Source: Desulfuromonadales bacterium
GTDB taxonomy: Bacteria > Desulfobacterota > Desulfuromonadia > Desulfuromonadales > BM103
Assembly (NCBI GenBank): GCA_035269105.1
Contig: DATFJP010000134.1
Span: 1-47,923 of the forward strand
Length of the DNA stretch: 47,923 nucleotides
Reading direction: 5' to 3'
A program made the translations under genes and the position numbers. This document shows, one piece after another, positions 35,882 through 44,365 of this stretch; position 1 is the first letter of the stretch, and every line of letters begins with the position of its first letter. The notes under the pieces were generated by a model that saw only the letters and a program-made list of their open reading frames with translations, was not told where the DNA came from and searched no databases.

Positions 35882-36511
35882 TCAGCTCCGGTTCTTCTCA
35901 GCCGCGGTTTTGACGGCATTGAAAATATGGGTGTAGGCGCCGCAGCGGCAAAGGTTGCCGCTCATGCCGGTGGCGATTTCCTCGGCCGTCGGCGCCGGGT
36001 TGGCCCGCAGCAAGCCTTCGGCTGCCATGATCTGACCCGGCGTGCAGTAGCCGCACTGGAAAGCGTCCTCTTCGAGGAAGGCTTCCTGGGTCGGACCAAG
36101 CTGCTCACCCTCCATCAGCCCCTCCAGGGTGGTGATCTTACGGCCGGCGGCTTCGACCGCCAGGGTCATGCAGGCATACTGCGGCCGGTCGTCGATCAGT
36201 ACGGTGCAGGCGCCGCACTCGCCGCGTTCGCAGCCGACCTTGGTGCCGGTCAGGCCGAGACGGTCGCGCAGGACGAACAGCAGTGTCCAGCGCGGCTCGA
36301 CCAGCAGTCGCTGCGGGCGGCCGTTGATCTCCAGGGTCACTTTGGCCATCTCTTCGGAAGTGATTTCCGTGGCGGCCGCCTGGGCGACGTTGACATTGAC
36401 CCGGCCGCCGACGGCAACCATGGCGGTGGTCGCACCGGCGGTGGACAAAAAACCGCGGCGGGTCAGGCCCTTGCCGCAGGCGCAGTCATGCTCTCCGGTT
36501 TTTTTAGACAT
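35882..36511 (-). CDS. Tat-exported (2Fe-2S)-binding small subunit of the molybdoenzyme (PaoA-like)
   Basis: 209 aa from ATG 36511. Twin-arginine motif TRRGFLSTAG. CERGECGACTV and CGYCTPG...CRCGAY 2Fe-2S motifs. Confidence 0.88.
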   Translation of the reverse strand: MSKKTGEHDCACGKGLTRRGFLSTAGATTAMVAVGGRVNVNVAQAAATEITSEEMAKVTLEINGRPQRLLVEPRWTLLFVLRDRLGLTGTKVGCERGECGACTVLIDDRPQYACMTLAVEAAGRKITTLEGLMEGEQLGPTQEAFLEEDAFQCGYCTPGQIMAAEGLLRANPAPTAEEIATGMSGNLCRCGAYTHIFNAVKTAAEKNRS

Positions 36512-36713
36512 GGGGGCTCCGTTTGCAGAAAATTGAACGGGATGGTCGGCGACGCAAAACCCTTTGAGATACAAGAGCAAGTATGAAAGATATTTTCGGG
36601 TTGTCAAATTCCGGGAGGTCTTTGGGCTATTTTGTGAGACGGATTGAAAGTGCCGGTGAAGAGGAGCTCTGCGTCGGCTGAGGGGCGAAAGAAGGGCCTT
36701 GAAACAGGAGGAA

Positions 36714-37199
36714 TCAGGAGCCGCAGTCAGCCGGGTCGCCCTGCAGCTTGGCGATGGCATGGGGGATCGCCGGCCAGATCACGGCCAGATTTTCGACAGC
36801 GCCCTGCGGACTGCCGGGCAGGTTGACAATCAGCGTACCCTGCCGGATGCCGGCGATGGCCCGGGAGATGACGGCATGCGGCGTCACCTTGAAGCTGGCC
36901 ATCCGCATCGCCTCGGCAAAGCCGGGCAGTTCCCGGTCGATGACGCGGCGGGTCGCCTCCGGGGTAACGTCGCGCGGTGAGACCCCGGTACCGCCGGTGG
37001 TCAGAATCAGGTCGGGGGCTTGCCGGTCGACCCAGTCGGTCAGGGCCGCGGCAATCCGCTCCCCGTCATCCGGCAGCAGGGCCGTCTCCCGGACAGCGAC
37101 ACCCTGCCGGGCCAGCCAGTCGGCAAGGGCCGGTCCGCTCAAATCTTCCCGTTCGCCCCGCGCGCCTTTATCGCTCAATGTCAGGATCACGACCTTCAT
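36714..37199 (-). CDS. mogA: Molybdopterin adenylyltransferase MogA
   Basis: 161 aa from ATG 37199. LSDKGARGEREDLSGPAL, TTGGTGVSPRDVTPEA, LPGFAEAMR and LPGSPQG parallel E. coli MogA. Confidence 0.85.
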   Translation of the reverse strand: MKVVILTLSDKGARGEREDLSGPALADWLARQGVAVRETALLPDDGERIAAALTDWVDRQAPDLILTTGGTGVSPRDVTPEATRRVIDRELPGFAEAMRMASFKVTPHAVISRAIAGIRQGTLIVNLPGSPQGAVENLAVIWPAIPHAIAKLQGDPADCGS

Positions 37200-37310
37200 G
37201 GTTGAATAGCGATTCCATTGAAATTGCGGAAATACCCAGGGAAAGGCGGGTTGCATTTCCCTTCCCCCTTGCTGCGGCTGCTGCAGGCCGCGACGACCCG
37301 TCCCATTGCC

Positions 37311-38357
37311 TCAGCCTCCGATGGTCGCCATGGCGAATGGTTCAGGGCCGGAGGTCTGGCCGGACAGATCATGACAGGCCTCCTTGGCACCGATCACGGC
37401 GAGAAGCCTGGTCTGCAAGGTGTGTTCATCACCAGAGAGAAAAGGCTTGAGGTCCATGGCACTGCCGGCGAACAGGCAGCTCTTGGCCATGCCGGTGGCG
37501 GTGACCCGGATCCGGTTGCAGGAGCTGCAGAAATGTTCACTGATCGGGGTGATGACACCGATCGTGCCCAGGGCCCCGGCGATCCGGAAGGGTCTGGCCG
37601 GCCCGCACATGCGGCTGGTCGGCAGGGGCATGAGCGGAAACCGCTGCTGCAGCCGGTGCAGGATAGCGGCGCCGGGGACGATACGACTGCGCCAAGCCTT
37701 CTCGCGAATGGTCGGCATGTACTCGATGAAGCGTACCGACCAGGGCTTTTCCAGGCTCAGCGCGGCAAAATCCTCGACCTCATGATCATTGACGCCGCGC
37801 ATGACGACCATGTTCAGTTTCAGCTTCAGTCCGCTCCGTTCGGCGGTGTCAATGCCTTGCCAGACCTGCCTCAGCTCGCCGCCGCGGGTGATTTTTGCAA
37901 AGGTGGCCGGCTGCAGGGAATCGAGGCTGATATTGAGCCGGTCGACGCCGGCTCGTTTGAGTTTTTGGGCTGCGGCAGCGAGCAGGATGCCGTTGGTGGT
38001 CAGCGAAACCTCGTTCAGCCCGGGGATGGCACTGAGCTGCTCGAGAAAACGGATCAGGCCTTTACGGACCAGCGGTTCGCCGCCGGTGACCCGGACTTTT
38101 TCGATCCCCAGGCCGACGGCCGCGCGGGAGATTTTCAACAGCTGCTCGTAGCGCAGGATGTCCGCATGGGAGCAGGCAGCGACCCCTGCGGCCGGCATGC
38201 AGTAGCAGCAGCGCAGATTGCAGCGGTCGGTCACCGACAGGCGCAGGTAGTTGATGGTCCGGCCGAAACGGTCCTGGTTGACAGGAGTACAGGCGTCTTT
38301 GCCGTCGGCAACCGCAGGAGCGTTCTGGATGAGGTGTCGATCTTCAGCCTGTGGCAT
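37311..38357 (-). CDS. moaA: GTP 3',8-cyclase MoaA
   Basis: YLRLSVTDRCNLRCCYC (CX3CX2C), second cluster CSSCNRIRVTATG, C-terminal GG. Start uncertain: ATG 38357, 38408 or 38435, the last overlapping the narK stop. None has a strong RBS. Confidence 0.85.
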   Translation of the reverse strand: MPQAEDRHLIQNAPAVADGKDACTPVNQDRFGRTINYLRLSVTDRCNLRCCYCMPAAGVAACSHADILRYEQLLKISRAAVGLGIEKVRVTGGEPLVRKGLIRFLEQLSAIPGLNEVSLTTNGILLAAAAQKLKRAGVDRLNISLDSLQPATFAKITRGGELRQVWQGIDTAERSGLKLKLNMVVMRGVNDHEVEDFAALSLEKPWSVRFIEYMPTIREKAWRSRIVPGAAILHRLQQRFPLMPLPTSRMCGPARPFRIAGALGTIGVITPISEHFCSSCNRIRVTATGMAKSCLFAGSAMDLKPFLSGDEHTLQTRLLAVIGAKEACHDLSGQTSGPEPFAMATIGG

Positions 38358-38412
38358 CTGCGTCCGTGCACATGGGGTGCGCTGTCCTGACTGCCGGCTT
38401 TGCCGCATTGGA

Positions 38413-40017
38413 TCAGGGGTTTTGGATGTAAGCATTTTTCCGGGTGTAGAACCACCAGTTTAACACCAGACAGGCAAAATAGAAGACTGCAAATCCGTAC
38501 AGGGCATATTCCGGGGTGGTCGCCTTGATCTGTTCACCGAACACCTGGGGAATGATGAAGGCACCGTAGGCGGCGACCGCCGAGGTCCAGCCAAGCACCG
38601 GCCCGGCCTGCTCCTTGTCGAAGATGATTGCGATCGAGCGGAAGGTCGAACCGTTGCCGACGCCGGTCGCAGCGAACAACAGGATAAACAGGATCAGAAA
38701 GGGCACGAAATAGTTTTCCGGGGTCGGCGAGGCATAGGCGGCCTGCATAAAGTACGCGCAGCCAAGCGCCGACACAATCATGACGAGCGACACCCACTGG
38801 GTGACGATGGCGCCGCCCAGCTTGTCGGCGATCTTGCCGCCGACCGGGCGGATCAGGGCGCCGATAAAAGGTCCCATCCAGGCGAACATCAGGGCGCTGG
38901 GGCCATTGGGGTTGATGGTGTCGTGGGTCAGCGTACCGTCGACCATGATATGCGAGAACCCGAAAATCACCTTGATCGACAGGGCGAACGCGGCCGAGTA
39001 GCCGATAAAGGAGCCGAAAGTCATGGTGTAGATGACGGTCATGGCCCAGGTGTGCTTGTTGCCGAAGATCCGATACTGCCGATCGAGGTTGGCACGCAGG
39101 TTGCCCCGGGTCAGGTACTTCATGCCGAACACCGTGGCGGCAATCACCAGCGGCAGGACGATCCACTTGCTGAGCAGGCCGAGGCCCACCGGCTTCGGCA
39201 GCAGCAGGTAGAGGCCGATGGCCGCGGTGACGAAGGCGATCGACAGCAGGCCGGTGATTTTGCCGAAGGCGACCAGGGGGGAGCCGAGGTTCGGCGAAAC
39301 CGCCTCCGTGGTGATGTTATTCATGCCGAAATAGCTGGCGATCGCCAGGGGGATCAGCAGCAGCAGCCAGACATAACCGGCGTTTTGAATATAGGTTTCG
39401 GTGCCGGCCGGGATCTTGCCGATCAGGGTGCCGCTGGTATTGATCAAAGTCTGCGGGTCGCCGCCGAAGACGCCCATGGTCATCACCAGCGGGATCAGAA
39501 TCTGCATGGTGGTGACGCCGAAATTGCCGAGGCCTGCGTTGAGGCCCAGCGAGGTGCCCTGCACCCGCTTGGGGAAGAAGAAGCTGATGTTGGACATGGA
39601 CGAGGCGAAGTTGCCGCCGCCGATCCCCGAGAGCAGGGCGAGCAGATAGTAGATTTCGATGGGGGTTCCCCGGTTCTGCAGGGCGATGCCGGTACCAAGA
39701 GCCGGCAGGATCAGCAGTGCGGTTGTGAAGAAGATGGTGTTGCGGCCGCCGGCGATGCGGATCAGGAAGGAACTCGGTATGCGCAGGGTAGCGCCGCTGA
39801 GGCCCGCAATCGCCGACAGGGTGAACAGCTGCGCCTGGCTGAAGGGATAGCCGAGGTTGAGCATCTGCACAGTAATGATGCTCCAGTAGAGCCAGACGGC
39901 GAAACCGCAGAGCAGGCTGGGAATGGATATCCACAGATTGCGATTGGCGATCTTTTTCCCTTGCGATTCCCAGAACTGCTGGTCTTCCACATCCCACTGG
40001 TCGAGGTTGATCGGCAT
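38413..40017 (-). CDS. narK: NarK2-type nitrate/nitrite transporter (MFS)
   Basis: 534 aa with 12+ TM segments. N-terminus W.VEDQQFWESQGKKIANRNLWISIP is typical of the NarK2 subgroup. nar operon context. Confidence 0.88.
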   Translation of the reverse strand: MPINLDQWDVEDQQFWESQGKKIANRNLWISIPSLLCGFAVWLYWSIITVQMLNLGYPFSQAQLFTLSAIAGLSGATLRIPSSFLIRIAGGRNTIFFTTALLILPALGTGIALQNRGTPIEIYYLLALLSGIGGGNFASSMSNISFFFPKRVQGTSLGLNAGLGNFGVTTMQILIPLVMTMGVFGGDPQTLINTSGTLIGKIPAGTETYIQNAGYVWLLLLIPLAIASYFGMNNITTEAVSPNLGSPLVAFGKITGLLSIAFVTAAIGLYLLLPKPVGLGLLSKWIVLPLVIAATVFGMKYLTRGNLRANLDRQYRIFGNKHTWAMTVIYTMTFGSFIGYSAAFALSIKVIFGFSHIMVDGTLTHDTINPNGPSALMFAWMGPFIGALIRPVGGKIADKLGGAIVTQWVSLVMIVSALGCAYFMQAAYASPTPENYFVPFLILFILLFAATGVGNGSTFRSIAIIFDKEQAGPVLGWTSAVAAYGAFIIPQVFGEQIKATTPEYALYGFAVFYFACLVLNWWFYTRKNAYIQNP

Positions 40018-40055
40018 GGCTCACTCCTTGCGGTTTACGGGGCGTTGTTTGACAG

Positions 40056-41546
40056 TCAGCCCTGTTCGATTTTCTGCATGTCCTCTGGATGCTTCTTGCG
40101 CATCATCGACTGTACGGTCAGGTGCATCCAGACCAGACAGACCAGGGACAGGGCGAACATGAACATCCAGCAGCTGGTCCAGAGACCCGTCCACTCGAGC
40201 AGGTAGCCGAAGATGATCGGGCAGATAAAGCCGCCCAACCCGCCGAGCACGCCGACCATGCCGCCGACCACGCCGACTTCCTCCGGGAAATAGTCGGGGA
40301 TCAGCTTGTAGACGGCCGCTTTGCCGATGCCCCAGATGCTGCCGAGCAGAATGACCAGGATTGCGAAGATCCAGACGTTCGCCTGGAAGAAGATCCGGGT
40401 CACCCCCTTGGCCAGCAGCTCCTTCTTTTTGACGGTCTGGCCGACCTCGACCACCGGCTCCTGCCAGGTCTGCTTGCTGGGAAAGATCAGCATCTGGTCG
40501 TCGGAAAAACGGTCGATCTTCGGCTGCGGCTTGACCGCATAGGCTGTCTCGCCGACCCTGACCTCCGTCGCCGTGACCGCAGTCACCGTCCCGCCTCGCT
40601 GGGCCATGACACCGCGCCCGGGGGAATAGATCTCCATCTTGGGGATGATGACCAGGAAACTGATCAGGACCGAGGCTCCCAGCACCCAATACATGATCGT
40701 GCGGCCGCCGAACTTGTCGGACAGCCAGCCGCCCAGGGCGCGGATCACCCCGGAGGGCAGACTGAAGGCGGCAGCGAACAGCCCGGCGGTGACCAGCGGC
40801 AGGTAGTAGACATTAACGAAGTAGGGCACCAGCCACTGGGAAAAGGCGACGAAACAGCCGAACACCAGGAAATAGTAGAGCCCGAACCGCCAGACTTTGA
40901 TGTCGCTGAGCGGCGCCAGCATCTGGCCAAAGCTTTTTGTGGATGAGGCCGGTTTCTTGTTCTCGGCAAAAATGAAAAAGATCACGCCCATGGCAGCGAG
41001 CATGAGCGCATAGTAGACCGGCAACTGCCGCCAGCCCTCGAGGGTGGTGCCATGGTCGGTCAAGCGGTTGAGCAGGGTCGGCGCAAGCAGGGTGGTCAGC
41101 GCCGCGCCGGCGTTGCCGGCGCCGAAGATGCCGAGCGCCGTGCCCTGGTTCCGGCGGGGATACCAGACCGAAGAGAAGGCGATGCCGATGGAGAAGCTGA
41201 CGCCGGCCAGGCCGAAGCCGAAGCTGCACAGGGCGAAAGTCAGAAAGCTGTCCGCCCGGGACAGCAGGAACATGGGAATGGCGCAGAGGAAAAGCAGGGA
41301 GCCGTAGACCGGTTTGCCGCCGAACTTGTCGGTCAACATGCCAGCCGGCAGCCGGAAGAGCGAACCGGTCAGCACCGGGATGCCCATCAGCCAGCCGATT
41401 TCCACCGGACCCCAGTCGAACACCTGATTGTCGGCCAGGAAGGTCACCAGCACGCCGTTGAACATCCAGGCGGCGAAGCAGACCGTAAATGCCAGCGTGT
41501 TCAGGAAAAGGATTTTATGGGATTGGGCGGTGGCGACGTCTTGCAT
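40056..41546 (-). CDS. narK: NarK1-type nitrate transporter (MFS) with large TM9-TM10 loop insertion
   Basis: 496 aa with 12 TM segments. Duplicated MFS loop motifs LTDKFGGKP and LSDKFGGRT. GxxxNxG-like FGAGNAGAA nitrate signature. Confidence 0.85.
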   Translation of the reverse strand: MQDVATAQSHKILFLNTLAFTVCFAAWMFNGVLVTFLADNQVFDWGPVEIGWLMGIPVLTGSLFRLPAGMLTDKFGGKPVYGSLLFLCAIPMFLLSRADSFLTFALCSFGFGLAGVSFSIGIAFSSVWYPRRNQGTALGIFGAGNAGAALTTLLAPTLLNRLTDHGTTLEGWRQLPVYYALMLAAMGVIFFIFAENKKPASSTKSFGQMLAPLSDIKVWRFGLYYFLVFGCFVAFSQWLVPYFVNVYYLPLVTAGLFAAAFSLPSGVIRALGGWLSDKFGGRTIMYWVLGASVLISFLVIIPKMEIYSPGRGVMAQRGGTVTAVTATEVRVGETAYAVKPQPKIDRFSDDQMLIFPSKQTWQEPVVEVGQTVKKKELLAKGVTRIFFQANVWIFAILVILLGSIWGIGKAAVYKLIPDYFPEEVGVVGGMVGVLGGLGGFICPIIFGYLLEWTGLWTSCWMFMFALSLVCLVWMHLTVQSMMRKKHPEDMQKIEQG

Positions 41547-41598
41547 GGTCCATCCCTCCGTTTTGTCTACGCTCGGGTCGTCGCAAAACCTGCCGGGA

Positions 41599-42276
41599 TT
41601 AACCGGCCTTCCGCTCCCGGTACCAGGTCACGACCTGCCACGGCCGCGCGAGGTAGGTCAGCGGCACACTGATGACGTGCACCAAGCGGGAAAAAGGCAG
41701 CAGGGCGAGGATCAGGAAGGCATTGAAGGCATGCAGCTTGACCACTGCCGGCATGGCCGCCAGGTACTCGACCTGCGGATCGAATTTGACCAGTGACCAG
41801 AGCCAGGGCGTGGCCGTATGCAGGTACCAGACCGAGCCCCAGCGCAGGCTGAAGGCGATGTAGACCCCGGTGGCAACCTGCAGCAGCAAAGCCGCCAGGA
41901 CCAGCCAGTCCATGACGGTGGTCGCCGCCGAGACCCGGTGGTTGACGGCGCGTCGGACCATCAGCAGCGCCACTGCGATCACGGTGCTGACTCCCAGAGC
42001 CAGGCCGGTGACTTCAAGCAGGTAGAGCCGGAACGGCCGGCCGAGCAGGGCCCCCCAGCCGGCCGGAAACAGAAACGCCAGGAAATGGGCCAGGAGAATA
42101 ATCAGGATGGCGTAGTGCCAGGGGACCGAGCCCCAGTAGAGCGAGCGGCTCTCCAGAAATTGCGAGGAATGCGAGGACCAGGAATAGCGATCGACACAAT
42201 AGCGATACAGGCCGACCCCCACCATTAAATTTACCGCAACATAGGGAAAAACGCCGAACAGGATCAGATCGCTCAT
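41599..42276 (-). CDS. narI: Respiratory nitrate reductase gamma subunit NarI
   Basis: 225 aa with 5 TM segments. N-terminal FGVFPY...; conserved His-containing helices (WHYAIL, KLHAF, RLVHV). Confidence 0.9.
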   Translation of the reverse strand: MSDLILFGVFPYVAVNLMVGVGLYRYCVDRYSWSSHSSQFLESRSLYWGSVPWHYAILIILLAHFLAFLFPAGWGALLGRPFRLYLLEVTGLALGVSTVIAVALLMVRRAVNHRVSAATTVMDWLVLAALLLQVATGVYIAFSLRWGSVWYLHTATPWLWSLVKFDPQVEYLAAMPAVVKLHAFNAFLILALLPFSRLVHVISVPLTYLARPWQVVTWYRERKAG

Positions 42277-42857
42277 GATAAAGACTCCTTTTGCCGGTCC
42301 GGGATCGGTCGCGCGTCGTCGCCGGCCAGGCTGTCGTTCAGAAAAGTCTGCAGGGCCTTGAGGAGGTGGAGATAGGCAGAATCCCCGGTTTCGATCCCCC
42401 GGGTCATTTTCTCCAGGGCGGGCAGCAGGCCGTCCCGGATGATCTCCAGGCGCGCGCCCTGCGCATCGATGGCGCCGATGAAGCGCAGGACTTCGCAGAA
42501 ATGGTCGGGAAGGTCGCTGGCGGCGGCGAAGCCGTGGTCACGGTAGATCTCCTGCAGCTTGATCATGAAGAAAGTGCGCTGTTGGCTCTCCCCGCACAGT
42601 TGATAGCCGACATAGGGGTGACAGGCCGCCTGCAGGTCGAAGCTGTTGGTGAAGGCCTCTTCGACGGCGGTGGGCGCGCTGGATCCGACATACTGCAGGA
42701 AGGGCTCCAGCTGTTTGCGGCCTGCGGGGCTGAATTGATCCAGATGCGTCGCACAGGCGGCCGCCCGGGCGGCGATGCGCTCGTCCGGATAGCTCAGCAA
42801 GGCGGCAAACTGCCGGCAGATGTCCTGATGAAGGGACAGTGCGTGCATGGCTACCAC
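42273..42857 (-). CDS. narJ: Nitrate reductase molybdenum cofactor assembly chaperone NarJ
   Basis: 194 aa, TorD/NarJ-like and helical. 4-nt overlap with narI and 7-nt overlap with narH. Confidence 0.85.
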   Translation of the reverse strand: MVAMHALSLHQDICRQFAALLSYPDERIAARAAACATHLDQFSPAGRKQLEPFLQYVGSSAPTAVEEAFTNSFDLQAACHPYVGYQLCGESQQRTFFMIKLQEIYRDHGFAAASDLPDHFCEVLRFIGAIDAQGARLEIIRDGLLPALEKMTRGIETGDSAYLHLLKALQTFLNDSLAGDDARPIPDRQKESLS

Positions 42858-44338
42858 CGTCGCTTCGGCGGGCGGCGGTTGCCGAAGCCCATATGCCGAC
42901 GATGCTGTTCGGTCTCTCCCGTCGCCTCGATGGCCTGTTCCCGCATCATCGGCGGGATCACTTTGCGTTCCCGCAGCTTGGTCAGGGCGGTCATCCGGTA
43001 GATCGCCTCGATATCGGCGACGCTGACGCCGGCGGTTTCACACGCTTTCGCCACTTCGCCGGCCGGCACGTCGCCGACGCTGACCTCGCGACGCTGCAGC
43101 CGTACGGCGATCAGCTTGCGGTAGACAGCCCGGACCTCCTCGGTGTTGCCGCCGGCAAACAGGCCGGCAAGGTATTGCATCGGCAGCCGGGCCTGTTCGA
43201 GGGTCGTGAAGAAGTCCTCGGCCAGCTGCTGGTTGCCCTCGTGGGCCTTGGACAGCACCGGCAGCAGCGGCGGCACGTAGAACAGCATGGGCAGGGTTCT
43301 GAATTCGGGATGCAGCGGCAGGGCGATCGCCCACTCCTTGACAAACCGAAACACCGGTGAACGCTGCGCCGCCTGCAGGACCTGCTCGGCGATGCCGGAG
43401 CGGCGGGCCTGCGCCTGCACCTCGGGATCGTTGGGGTCGAGAATCAGCTCACGCTGGGCCGCGACCAGGTCCTGGTCGGCCCGGCCGGCGACCTCCTCGA
43501 TGCGGTCGGCGTCATAGAGCAGCACCCCCAGGTAGCGGATGCGGCCGACGCAGGCCTGGAAACAGGCCGGGCTCTCGCCGGCTTCCTGGCGGGGATAGCA
43601 GAGGATGCATTTCTCCGATTTGCCGCTCGACCAGCCGTAGTAGGTTTTCTTGTAGGGGCAGGCCGAAACGCACATCCGCCAGCCCCGGCACTTGTCCTGA
43701 CTGATCAGGACGATGCCGTCCTCGCCCCGTTTGTAGATGGCCCCGGAGGGGCAGCCGGCGACGCAGCCGGCGTTCAGGCAGTGGTTGCAGATGCGCGGCA
43801 GGTAGAACATGACCAGCTTCTCGACGGCGAACATCTGCCGCTGCTCTTCGGCGTCTAGCTGGAGTACGCCGGGATCATTGGCGGCATAGATGTTTGATCC
43901 GGACAGGTCATCGTCCCAGTTCGGGCCGGCTTCAATCTTCATCGGCTTGCCGCTGACCATGGAGACCGGCCGGGCGGTCGGCTGATCGTCGCCGGCCGGG
44001 GCGCTGGTCAGGTGATCGTAGCGGTAGGTGAATGGCTCATAGTAATCGTCCATGGTCGGCAGGGCGGGGTTGTGAAAAATCTTGCCGAGCAGCCCGCCCT
44101 TGCCGCCGAGCTTCAGCTTCACCTGGCTGCCGGTCTGTTCCCAGCCGCCGCGGTATTTGTCCTGATCCTCCCACTGGGTCGGGTAGCCGGTGCCGGGCTT
44201 GGTCTCCACGTTGTTCCACCACATGTATTCGGCTCCCTGGCGATCGGTCCAGAGATTCTTGCAGGCGATGCTGCAGGTATGGCAGCCGATGCATTTGTCC
44301 AGGTGGAAAACCGATGCGATTTGTGCGCGTACGTTCAT
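42851..44338 (-). CDS. narH: Respiratory nitrate reductase beta subunit NarH
   Basis: 495 aa. Fe-S motifs CIGCHTCSIACK, CNHCLNAGCVAGCPSGAI, CRGWRMCVSACPY and CILCYPR. Confidence 0.95.
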   Translation of the reverse strand: MNVRAQIASVFHLDKCIGCHTCSIACKNLWTDRQGAEYMWWNNVETKPGTGYPTQWEDQDKYRGGWEQTGSQVKLKLGGKGGLLGKIFHNPALPTMDDYYEPFTYRYDHLTSAPAGDDQPTARPVSMVSGKPMKIEAGPNWDDDLSGSNIYAANDPGVLQLDAEEQRQMFAVEKLVMFYLPRICNHCLNAGCVAGCPSGAIYKRGEDGIVLISQDKCRGWRMCVSACPYKKTYYGWSSGKSEKCILCYPRQEAGESPACFQACVGRIRYLGVLLYDADRIEEVAGRADQDLVAAQRELILDPNDPEVQAQARRSGIAEQVLQAAQRSPVFRFVKEWAIALPLHPEFRTLPMLFYVPPLLPVLSKAHEGNQQLAEDFFTTLEQARLPMQYLAGLFAGGNTEEVRAVYRKLIAVRLQRREVSVGDVPAGEVAKACETAGVSVADIEAIYRMTALTKLRERKVIPPMMREQAIEATGETEQHRRHMGFGNRRPPKRRW

Positions 44339-44365
44339 GATCGAGGCTCCTCGTTCCGGGTCGGG

